A DNA stretch of 64,000 bases from Patellaria atrata CBS 101060 (lineage: Eukaryota), in assembly GCA_010093705.1 (NCBI GenBank), contig MU006095.1, positions 868,001 through 932,000 of the forward strand, in the 5' to 3' direction. A program made the translations under genes and the position numbers. The stretch's first letter is position 1. Each line of letters starts with the position of its first letter. Below the pieces are notes generated by a model. The model was not told where the DNA came from. It saw only the letters and a program-made list of their open reading frames with translations, and searched no databases. Below are positions 12,236 through 23,900 of this stretch, in pieces.

Positions 12236-13419
12236 TCAATGATTCTTCTCCACAACCCTCCTCGCCCACTCCGCAAACGCCATCCCGCCCTCTTCATCCA
12301 TGACCTCCCAAAGATTCGGCTGCGTAAACACCGCAAGCGTATTCCTCGCGACCTGACCTTCGCCCCTCGCTCCCCGCACAAAATGCGGCACGGCTCTAAA
12401 TTTGCCGCGCGTGATGACCTCAAGCGCCTCGCCGGTCTGGAAAGCGAGGCAATCTCTCGGTATGGCGACCTTCGTGACGGAGCCGGCACGGGAGTGGATG
12501 TAGAGGCCTGCCTTGGGGTCGGGGGAGGAGGGGAGTTCGGGCAGCGGGGCAGGGGGAGAGGTGAGAGGAGAGGGAGGCAGGGAGGGGGGGTATGTGGATT
12601 CGTCGACGAACATGGCAGATGTGAGACCGGTAAGGCAGCCGTGATCGAGGTGGGTGGCGCACCAATCGTCGTCGTCATCCTCGTCTTCGGCTGCAGGGGT
12701 TGGGGTAGACTCGGGAGATTGAGGGGGCGGGAAGTAGTGTAGGAGTCGTGCTTTGGTGGAGATGGATGTCTGCACAACGTGTTCGAGATATCCGGGTTTG
12801 TAGTCTGGGATGTTGGATTGCGCGTATTGGTCGCATGCGCGGGCGACCAGGACGGCAACGTCTGTGATCAGGGTGCAGAGGTCTCTGAAAGTCTCCTCGA
12901 ATCCGGGGAGCACGTCTTCTCCTGGCCACACGTTGGCCGCGGTGTACTCCTCGAATCCGGGATATGTCTCCCTCAACTTCTCCTGGGTCCCGGGTTCCTC
13001 AAAGCCCGGCGCGGGGTTGACATAATAGCTACCCTTCAGCGTATCGTAGCGACCGTCCTTGAGTGTTTCCTTGCCGCATGACCAGCCGGTGAGCCATTTC
13101 GCGGCTGGGATTTCTAGTCTGGCGAGCGTGGAGGCGGGGAGGTTGGCGAGGTAGGAGGAGTAGGACAGGAGCTTGTGGCGGAGGTCTGGAAAAGAAGGGG
13201 AAAGGTCACGGACAATGAGGATACCGAGGGAAGAGGGACCGAATGCTGCGACGAGAGTCTCAGGGGAGATTGTGCCTATACAATCATGTATGTAAGTTCC
13301 AGGTGCTTGAGATATAAGCTATAGGTGGGGAAGGAGGTGGGGTTGTACTTACCAGCTCGTAGCTCCTCTAAGCTGACTGAAACCGCCTGCTCTGAGCTTG
13401 AGGAGTTTTTAGTAGCCAT
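12236..13419 (-). CDS. 2-oxoglutarate/Fe(II)-dependent dioxygenase (DIOX_N / isopenicillin N synthase-like fold)
   Basis: ATG 13419, intron 13276-13352. AFGPSSLGILIV, GWSCGKE, RLLHYFP, WCATHLDHG (HxD) and distal His in AVPHFVR. Confidence 0.88.
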
Positions 13420-14443
13420 TTGATAGAAGTTTTGGTCTTTTGTGCAGCCAATGAAGAGGGGGTTCGTACCTTTTTATATCTGGTTTCAAAGGTGTGGTCC
13501 CGCATTACTCTAAGATGTAACTGACCTTCCTAATGTTTATGTGATTCTGCCACCGCCGGCTGAATCCGAAGACCCAAAAGGTAATCAAAGGATTGAAAGT
13601 TTGAAGAGCATGTTACAGAATTGAATAGCTTCCAGTTTATGCGTAGGGAAATAACTGCTTCAAGGTGACAGAACAACAAACTATACATCTGGTGCATGTT
13701 CGAATAACCTACTTTAAAGGACGGACCGCTATAATACAACACTATTATTTCCCTCTACCCTAGCCGCATGCTAGTGTACTGTACTTTATAGCTTGAAGCT
13801 CCTATGTGCATAGGTGGATAAAACCTAATACATACACCGTACTATATGGAAGGGCCTATCATAGCCGTGAAGGTCATGCGATCTTGAAGCTAGTATGCGA
13901 GCATATGGTTCGATAGTTCTTGAAAGAACAATTAAAAAGATGGACTGGCTCGAGAAAATTGGGCGGATCGGTCCAACCATATGATAGCGCAGAATCTTGG
14001 GCTTGATAGTAGCATGTGCTTGCACCGTCATCTTACATAGTATATGCGTCAATGAAGTTTCTTGATAGAGCATCATAATATGCATAAAGTCGTTGATCAG
14101 TTTGGTTAGAGGCACAATACTCAATGTAATAAAAGGATCATCCGTTCAAACTGGCCTGTGAATCATAGAGCTCTGTAAAATGCCATTATGTATAACAATG
14201 GAATTTTGGAACCAACCGAGGTTATAGAGTGCTTGAACATCATGCCATATGATGTAGATTGTGGAAACTCCAAGTGCATAGACACCATTCTTAGAGTTTG
14301 ATTCCAACAGGATCCCGCGGAGAGCAAATCTACACCGAATTAGGAATTCCATAGCAGTGTAATAGTGCAAAACATACGTAGGTAAACATAAAACCCACAA
14401 CTAGTCCTAAGTATAGTTATCCTCGGTCCTCCCAGCGAACAGA

Positions 14444-15651
14444 TTAAGGAATATTGGTTGGTTCATTGTACGTCTTTTGGACAAAGTCTGTAACAGCAAC
14501 CTGAGCATCTCTTTTACTCAAAGCTTCACTATGCAGTGCTCCTGGTATGTCTTTACGAATAGTGTCAAGTCCAAGCTCATTACAAAGCATCTGTAACTCA
14601 TCTGATTGACTTCCCGGGACCACTTCATCGCGAGCAGCCACTAGCATTAGTATGGGTATATGCACCCCTGAAGCTGCAATAGAGCGTAGCGCAGCATTAT
14701 TGTCCCACCAATTGCGTAAGAATGGACCCAGATAGCGGTATGGGAGCCATTTTTGCGGGTAGAGAGCACCGAGCATGCTCCTGATGCTAACAAATGGTGT
14801 TTCTAGTATCAAGCCTGCGATTTTGACTCGATCCTGTTTTGAATTTAATGTATCAACATAGTGCGCGGCTAATCCGGTTGCAACGCCTGCACCAATACTT
14901 TGACCCCATATAACTATTTTCATGTCTATGGAAGAGACCTGGTAGGTGGTTTGCACCCATTGCAGTGCTGCGATAGCATCCATCTCTATGCCGCGCTGAG
15001 ATGCTCGGCCACGGGAAGTCCAAAAGCCGCGGTAAGATAGCCCGACAATCGTATGTTGAAGGTGTTTATCGTGGGTTTTAGAGACTGACGAAACGAGCTT
15101 TAGGGTGCGGGATAGCCCTGGGAGCCTTGGGGGCAGTGATGATGCATTTCTGTAGAAGGTAAGATGAAACATAGTTGAACAAGATCTAGAATTGGTGTAG
15201 GTTTGCCGTACCCTTGGAAGAACAGAATCACCACATGATTACGGTTCTGAAACTTTTCTTCCTGCTTAGAGCCATCCTCGATGGGCATATTTCCTACACA
15301 TAGCGCTATCTCGGTTCCATCCAAACTCTTTATCCGTCGCTCCTTCCACAACACTGGTTTACAGGCTTCAGCATAGTCCGAAATCTTTTCTCTCCTAGAG
15401 AAGGGGGGAATTGATGGCATATATATGATCTTGTTCTGGAACAGAACCAGCATCACGCTTTTGTAGGTCCAAAGTGTCAAAGTGAGTCCCATGAGAACAG
15501 TGGGTGGGAGGAGCACAGAGGGGATTGCGTCGGTCCATATTCTGCGGTAATTTGTCGCGGTGGGTAATCTTCGTCTAACAGTATTATTTCTCAGATTTGT
15601 TATTGAAAGGCGAAGGGGTGTCAGAACTCGAAAGAATGGATGGAAGGCCAT
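14444..15651 (-). CDS. Bem46/ABHD13-like alpha/beta hydrolase (one intron, about 15151-15210)
   Basis: LFQNKIIYMP, ILFFQG|NASS, SYRGFWTS.G, nucleophile elbow GQSIG, LILETPF, Asp in RDEVVP and His in GALH. Confidence 0.87.
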
Positions 15652-17418
15652 ACAGTACTTTTGTATGTAATTGTTTCACGTTTGTTTTCATATGCAGAAC
15701 GCTAGCTAGAATAAAGCTTATTAAGCTTATTTGCACGACGACCAGTACCCTGGATAGAGAGCACACCCATCGGGGTAACCATTGACCTTTACCAACCGTG
15801 CCCTCATACAAATTTAATATACTTCATGCTTTGCTTTCGTCAGATGATAGTGTTGAAGTATGGGTCCTTTGGTGGATCTGTCAGCTATCTGTCAGCTGTT
15901 AGCCACGGAATAGTATGGAGCACTGAAAGTCTATCTTCAAAAGTCATCTGTTTTCGATATCTGTTTCGTCCTCAAACGACTCCACTATCTCAACAGATAT
16001 CTCAACGACTATTAGCTATATTGAGATTTGGATACGTGTCCTCTGTAGCTCTTCAGTATATATAGACGTTCCTTCAGTAGAGAGATAGAAATCAAGCGAT
16101 TATCTTGATTATTCAGCACCCTCACGTCTGACGGATGGTCAAGTATCCCATTGGTATAGTCTATATCCTCACTTTGAGTGTACGCACATATCAAAGAAGA
16201 GTCTGGACTTATTGTACAAAAGAGAAAAGGGTTTCAAAGCGGCACATTTCAACAGAATACCATCATATGTACAGCAATGAGTATAGTGATTTAGGATTGC
16301 TTGCATTGACGGAGAGGATGATACTAGAGATTCAGTTCATCGTTGATGGATAGTTCCCACCTAGAGGAACTTGACTGAGACTACGGATTATGACTCATTG
16401 CAGCATGATCATTTGATATGCGGTGTACATATTAAGAGGAGAGTATGATCTTATCATTCAAGAGACCCAATTGTTCAATTCTTGACAAGCGACAACTACA
16501 TCATCACAGAGTTTACCCCGGTGTTTGATACCGGACAACCAGCGCACGAACAGGCCTCAGCGTCCCCTACACTACTGGTTCTAAGGTTGATCACTGATGT
16601 ACTCTCGCTTGGGAAACTGTCGATCTCAACCAATGTCTAGATCGGGTCGGAAAGTGTATCCGAGTTGGAATTACGCGCTATCTCATAGGCTATCACGCAC
16701 TTATTTCTTGCGAAAGGGTGCATATTTCCAAAGCCACGATCTGCTTAAATCCAACGACGAGGTCCGCTCGGGATCTTTACCTGGATATCACATGCACTGT
16801 CAGGGGTGTCCTTCTAAGAATGTTCCGAGACTTTTCTCTCGACGATCATTTAGGTTTGGTTAGCTCTAGCTCTACAGGAATGCAAGAATTGTCTCCTTTG
16901 TATAAATTTGAAGTTTAATGATTCCTCAAGATTAGTCTGTTCCATATCCTAGTCTAGCATTTAAAGAATCAAAATTTACCATATCATCGCTAAAATAGAA
17001 AGTCTTTACTCCGCAAATAGCAAAGCACGAGCCTGGACATAAACTTCATAGATATGAGTCCGGTTTACTTCGCGTATATAGGGCGAATAGTCCGTACAAC
17101 CCCTACAGAGCGCTTATCGGCCAATCGGGACTTGAGAATCAAGCGGTCAGAGTGATATGTCTTTCAGAACTTCAGAAGACTGAAATCTTAAATCATTAAC
17201 GCATCGATTCTGACTGCATAAAAGAGTTACGGATGAGGAATGATAATGAAGGTCAAATAGCCCGGGTACGTCTCCCTTGAATATATCGGGCAAGTAGTTG
17301 CGGACTGATGAGCTCGCCGAATGAGTGTTCAAACTTTCAAAGGCACCGGACGGCTTGCGTGTACCTCTATCAACATAACGATTCCATTGTCGTGACCTGA
17401 TGGAGGAGGTCAAGATCT

Positions 17419-17845
17419 CTTATCATTCACTCCCGGCCGAGTACTTGGCAAGTTCTTGACGATGTCGCGGCGGAGCAGTGCGGAGCTTCAATTCTAAACG
17501 TGCCTGGTGGTCATGGCGCGGGAAAAGCATGGCGCAAGGACCTTTAAGTCCTTGGCCGTTCTTGGGGCTTTTCCTGATTCGACCAAACCATCCCTTTATC
17601 AGTCTATCATATCAGTTCGCTTCGTTTCTCATCCCATTCCCGTCTTTTCCGTAACCATACTCATGGACTCCAAAGTTCATGGGCGGCTTTCTTGTGAGAC
17701 ACAAGAAGCATAACCCACCGTGCCGTAAACTGTGCATGGTCGTTATCGGAGACAGGAATTCAGTGATCCAATGGTCTGAAGCCATAGTCGGTATCATATT
17801 CCTCCACGCTTCAGCCAAAGATAGTCTTTCTGTCCCTGCAGATAG
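17419..17845. promoter_or_regulatory. Cluster of HGATAR-type GATA sites upstream of the ammonium transporter (candidate AreA/NIT2 sites)
   Basis: TTATCA about 17420 and 17596, CTATCA about 17604, AGATAG about 17819 and 17840. Amt genes are classical nitrogen-GATA targets, but the sites are short. Confidence 0.35.
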
Positions 17846-17976
17846 CAGGGTATTCAGTAATAAATGGAGATGGGAATCCCAGCTACCCGGAGCCATCAGC
17901 TTCGTCTGAATACTTTCTCACACCTAGAGACTGTTCTGAGAATTACGTGAAGTTCTCTCATCTTTTTCACACTAAT

Positions 17977-19810
17977 ATGACTACTCCTGTGCCTGTGGAA
18001 GAATGGCCCGAGTACAACGTGGACCCAAGAGGAGGGGATCCTCTCACGCAAGATCTTAATGCCTTATACAATAAAGTAAAAATATGCTACTAGATATACA
18101 CCGTTAAGATGGCATTAACAGTTAAGTAGGGCGACTTGTGCTGGCTTCTAGTATGCACAGCTCTTTGCTGGTAAGTCATTAATCTCTCGAGAATTTAACT
18201 GTACTGACACACTTACAGGCTAATCACACCAGTAAGTAATGACTGTAGTACTAACCGATACTGAGCTCACGAACCCGAAGGCTATCGGATTCCTTTACGC
18301 TGGTATGCATCGCCAAAAGCACGCGTTAACCATGATCTTTCAATCCCTCTTTTGCGCTTCAGCTTGCGGAATACAATTCTGGGTCTACGGATATTCGTTA
18401 TATATGTCACATACGGAAGGACCGTTTCTCGGAGATATGTCTCTTGCGGGCTTTCACAATGTGCTTGCATATCCCTCTCAAGCTAATTCTGGCATTCCTG
18501 ATATTCTATACGCTTGCTTCGGTTTTACATTCGTAACAGCCACAGCTATGATCTTGGCTGGTGCTATGCTTGAACGAGGCCGGTTGTGGCCATCCATGCT
18601 GTTTTTGCTTTGTTGGACTACGTTTGTGTATTATGTGTAAGTATCTGAAATTGAGCCGCCCTCATCTTTTAGTGCCGCTAATAACGTCGTTAGTTTGGCA
18701 TATTTTGAGTGGAACCCGAATGGTTGGTTGTATAAGTTAGGAGTTTACGATTTCGCCGGTTCCGGACCAGTCCACATTGCTAGTGGCTTTAGTGCTCTTG
18801 CGTGGTCCATGATGCTTAAACCTCGCTCTGACCCGATGAGGGAGTCTCTGCATCCGAAGCTACCTCATTTCAAACCTCATAACCCTTTCTTAGTTGGACT
18901 TGGTACTGTGTTGATCTGGTTTGGATGGTTCGCTTTCAATGGTGTGTATACCTAACTAATTAAGGGAATATCGTACTGATATGCTCAATTTAGGTGCCAG
19001 CACGGCTAATCTAAGTATTCGCAGCATTTACGTTGTCGCCAATACTAATCTCGCCGCATGCGGTGGAGGGGTTGCTTGGGTTCTCCTTGAATACTGCTTC
19101 TCGAAGAAATTCTCCATCATCGGTTTTTGCTCTGGTATCATTTGCGGTCTAGTCGGAATTACACCGGCTGCTGGTTATAGTAAGCTTATGAAATATTCGG
19201 AAGGCTGCTTTGCAAGTTACTAACCTATCAAAGTTCCCGTTTATGTTGCAAGTCTGGTCGGTATGCTAACTTCGACATGCTGCTTCTTTACAAATAGTAT
19301 GTTCTAATCCCGTTCTTAGTATACTCGATCTAACTATGGATAGAATACAAGTACTTCATTGCAGTTGATGATGGCCTCGATATTTTCGCTATCCACGGTG
19401 TGGGTGGATTCGTAGGGGATATTCTCACAGGATTTTTTGCGGCCAAATTCGTCCCAGCCTTGGATGGAGTTTCTAACACCTATGCGGGTGGTTGGTGGGA
19501 TCACCACTGGAAGCAAATGGGATACCAACTTGCCGCCGCTACCACCTGTGCTGTCTGGTCTTTCACCATTTCATGCATTCTTCTCTTCATCATCAATAAG
19601 ATTCCTGGCATGCATATCCGTGCTACGGAGGAGGATGAGCTTCGCGGTTTAGACTTCAAGTATTTGGCTGACGTGGAACTGGAACGTGCTGGCGTTGACT
19701 TGAGTCAATATCAGCTGAGCGGACTCGGATCTCCTATTGCTGGAGTGGCGAAGAGTGAGGCATCTTCGGAGGGAATCAAGCCTATGAAGGCTGGGGAGAA
19801 GACTGCATGA
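17977..19810 (+). CDS. Amt/Mep ammonium transporter (7 introns)
   Basis: Spliced WLITPAIGFLYAG, ILAGAMLERG, DFAGSGPVH, WFGWFAFNG, GLVGITPAAG and DDGLDIFAIHGVGG. Confidence 0.93.
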
Positions 19811-20903
19811 ATAGCTGGGAGAGTCTGGCGTTGGTTAACTGGTGATGTCTCCGTGAGGTTTTTCGTCATTGCAAATTCAGTATATGTTTGAGCTTATGAA
19901 ACATCGGTTCCTTGAGATACACAATCAGCAATCCATGGTTAAAAAAGGTCAGTAAGACCTTGATAGGATCTAACAGGGAATCACTGATTTCCATGTAAAA
20001 ACGCCCTACATATCTCATTACTATCATGAAACCCCTTGGGTTATTTTGTTTGTTCTTAATTCGAGCCTTGAAGATTTGAACTCTGGACAACTCGGTTAAA
20101 GAATAGGCAAAGCTAAGGGGGCGTCCAGCGAACATCTGACCCCTACATCGATTCTAACTATTTTCGTACTGACCCCGCCCATCGTCCAGCCTCTTAAGGT
20201 CGCGTCCGTATATTTAATTGTATCTACCCTTAACAAAAGTATCAAATATCCTTCGCCAGAGCTTATAAACTGACTTTATCACTGATCCTTACGGCTTGAA
20301 GGAGCACAATTTGTGTGTCGCTGTTCTGTTACGCCCAGAAACTATACGAACGGTAGGAGAAATAAGATGATGCATTTAATGTACTGTGCTGTACAGTACT
20401 CGATTTGCGTGTATGAGATGCTCAGCCTTCACAGGATTCTCGGCCATGTCGGCTTGTGAGCGAGCGGGATAGCCTCGCGGATGGTTTTCTACTGTTAAAC
20501 CCTCTACCCTTCTCTTCCATTTCTTCATTAGTTTCCACTCTCTCGTGCGAACCTTTTGAATGCTTGCTGGACGTCATGTCTTCAAGTCCTGTTCTCGCTT
20601 CGTCAATGTATTAGATGCAGAATTCTCATCTGGACACATTGAATCGTTGTATCCCACCTAATCTTGCCCCAGTGTAGGGAATCTTTCTTCTCAGTGCAAT
20701 GCTACCTTCATATACAGTCGTCTCTTACTAGAAGTTCTGTACAGTTCATACAACCGCCGGACGACCACACACTGAGAATTCATGAAGGGCAGATCGAGCT
20801 TCTGTAGTTCGGAGTCGATCGCGATCTTTGCGTCTGCTTTTCACGAATCCGTCATTCACTCATACCAATCGTCGTTCTCCCTCCCCTTGTACGCAGTAAA
20901 ATC

Positions 20904-23900
20904 ATGTTTGGAGGAGGGCAGGCGGGTGTGAACAGGGCTTTGTCCGACGGTCAAAACTATACAGAGCATAACTATGAGCAAGAACTATTGCCGTTTTTCC
21001 CCCCGGGATCAGGAGAAGCAAATTTTGGAGGAACGAAGTTCGAGGACAATGATTTCTTTGAGATTACTCAGATACTCGCAAGGGGCGGTAGGCGCTCCTG
21101 GAGCCGTCTACCGCGAACCTATACTATTCTACGTGTTATCGGAGCCTTGGAATACTTTGATCAAATAATTCGGGATAAGTCCACGGATCTAGCTATTCCG
21201 TATACTAAAGACAATCTACCTAGTTGTTTGCCTCCCAACATGCGGGCCCAATTTTATTCCGCGCAGAACATTGTCTTGAGTGGAGTTCTTGAGCTTGAAC
21301 AAGGTTATGCTGGACACCACTGTCATATTTTGGACCGAGCCTCGCTACAGTTCATCACTAGAGCAAATCTTGCTCAGAATCGTGCCTCGGGTACCAGGGT
21401 AGAAAAGGTCTATAGTTCGTTAAGTGGTAGGACATTCGTCTTGAAAACGATTCGACGAAAAGGAAAGTTTTACATGGACCGAGAGACCTTAACCAACTTT
21501 GAAGCAGAACTCAATGCTGCCAAAAAGGTGAAGCATGATCACATTGCCGTTATCGCTGGCAGTTTCACCTCTCCAACCCAAGTCGGGATAGTCATAGCGA
21601 CTGTTGGCGATTGCGACCTTAGAACTTTCCTAGATGGCCAAATTGATGCTGACCGGAAATCACTACTACGGACGTGGTACGGTTGTCTAGCATCTGGATT
21701 ACTAGCCCTCCATGATGCTCAAATCCGTCATAAGGATATCAAGCCTGAGAATATACTGATCAAAAACTCCAAGGTATTTTATACCGACTTTGGCATAGCT
21801 CTGGATTGGTCCGAAAAAACCCGTGCCACCACCACTGGAAGACCTCTTCTCTTTTCCCCTCGATTTTGCTCACCTGAGGTCGCCAATTGGGACGGCCGGA
21901 ACGAGTCTTCGGACATTTGGTCTCTTGGGGCTGTATATCTGGAGATGGTGACAAGGTTACACAATATGTCTATATCAGAATTTCGACGATTTCTCGACAC
22001 CCATGGCGAACACACCTCATCACAGTACTGCAGAAACGTTCCTGGTTTGCGGATGTGGATCTCGGAGCTTCAGGCTCGTGATTCCAGTTCCGAAAATAAC
22101 CTACCGCTACCATGGATCTCGGAATGTTTTAAGGATCGAGAGGCTCCCCGGCCAACAGCTCGTAAGCTTTGGGAAATGATTGACGAGGATACTTATTCAA
22201 GTAAATTTTCCTATGCTTGTGAACAATGTCATAAAACGCATGAATCATCCGATAGTGACACGTCTTCCGAAATGGAGCAAACCTCGTCTGAATATCCTGC
22301 ACAGGCTTCCCAGGCTTCGATAAAATCGGTACCCTTCCCTACTCCTACCGGAGTGGTACAGTTACTCGATAGGAATAGAACTAGCGAGGAACTCCTCAAC
22401 ACAAGTGGTTTCCCATTGTTACAACATGCTGTCCAGGCAGAAGATTCTACCTCACTTTCAGATACAACGGCTGTGGAGGAAATGGCATTTCAAGATAGCA
22501 GCTCACAGCCAGCGGGATTAATTACCGAAGCTATCTCGAGACTTGACTCAAGGAAACAGAATGCGGATATCGTTGGATCAATAAACAAACCTTCCGCTCC
22601 AGGGCTACATGTTCTTAAGCATGGAGGGATCGCAGATGACGAGGGCTATATTACTGGGTACGTTACCAAAGGTGATTTAAGGAGTCTTCAAGGTCTCGCC
22701 GTTACGCAGGATGGTCACATCCTTGACAAGCGTGGTAGAATTACAGGGTATGCTAATCTACTAGACGGAGCAGTAAAGGAGGGGGAAAACATGTTTAAGG
22801 GCATATTCAAATTCCCTAACGCAGGGTTTCTAGCACTTCGCGTCGGTGAGGAAGGCGAGATAAGAAGTGAAGATGGTATAATCGTTGGTATAGTCGTCAT
22901 TGGAAACCTTACATATCTTACCGGTCTCTCTGTTGATGAGGACGGTCAAATTATTGACAACTACGGACATGTTAAGGGTCAGGCTAAGCCCTTAACATCC
23001 AGGAGGACAAGAAGGCGTTATCCAACATTGACATCCTCCACGGCCGAAACCGTAGGGAATGAGCGTATTAGTGAACGTAATCGTTCTTTGCCTAATTATA
23101 AGGATAGTACAAAAGATGATTCGTGGTATGCAAATCAAAAGGGCGAGAGGGCACTCTTTCCGAGTAATCATGTCGGAAATGCTAAGACTCTTGCACGGAA
23201 GATAGGTCTTCCGGTGGAAGCACAACAAGCAATTAATGATAACACACAAGGAACCCAAAAAGGCGCTGAAGAAGCTACCGAAAACCGTTTAAGACAAAAG
23301 AAAGAGACGAAACGTCAAACCGAAGCAAGACAACTTGCGGGACGAAGTCGACGAAAGGAAGAGGCAGGAATTCGTCGACGAGAGAAAATACAGGAAAGAA
23401 GAGACCAACGTCGATGGCGAGAGGAAGAAGAAGAAGCAAGAGTCCGAGCTGAAGAAGGCAAAATAGCTGAACCTCGCCATAAAGACGAAGAAGACGCTCA
23501 ACATGTTAAAAGAGAACATATTGTGAAAGAGAATGCGGAGATGCCCCCAGGAAAGCGGCATGCTCAGGACCGAAACGGCAAAAGCCGCGCCGAGTCATTT
23601 AAGGAAGAAGTGGATGCACGAGAGAATTCGTCTGTTCTTGCAGACTCTACCGGACATTCCGCTGCTATTGTACAAAACACCGAACATGACGTGCCATTGC
23701 TCTCCGAAATTACAGATAAGATTGGAAGGCCGACTTTGGTACCATCTTGGACTGATACTAGAAAACTACCGAAAGACCACATGGAAGTCAGTGACACCAT
23801 ATATTTGAAAGTCGAAAACATTGAATACGAAGCTACGAAGGAAAATTTCAAAATCCTTTTCGAAGCATTTCCCTGTAGTGTCGCAGCCTGGTTAGGGAAT

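Noticed and set aside
13430..17000. AT-richer intergenic stretches as RIP-degraded transposons
   Set aside because: No terminal repeats or transposase/RT remnants seen, and AT enrichment is modest.
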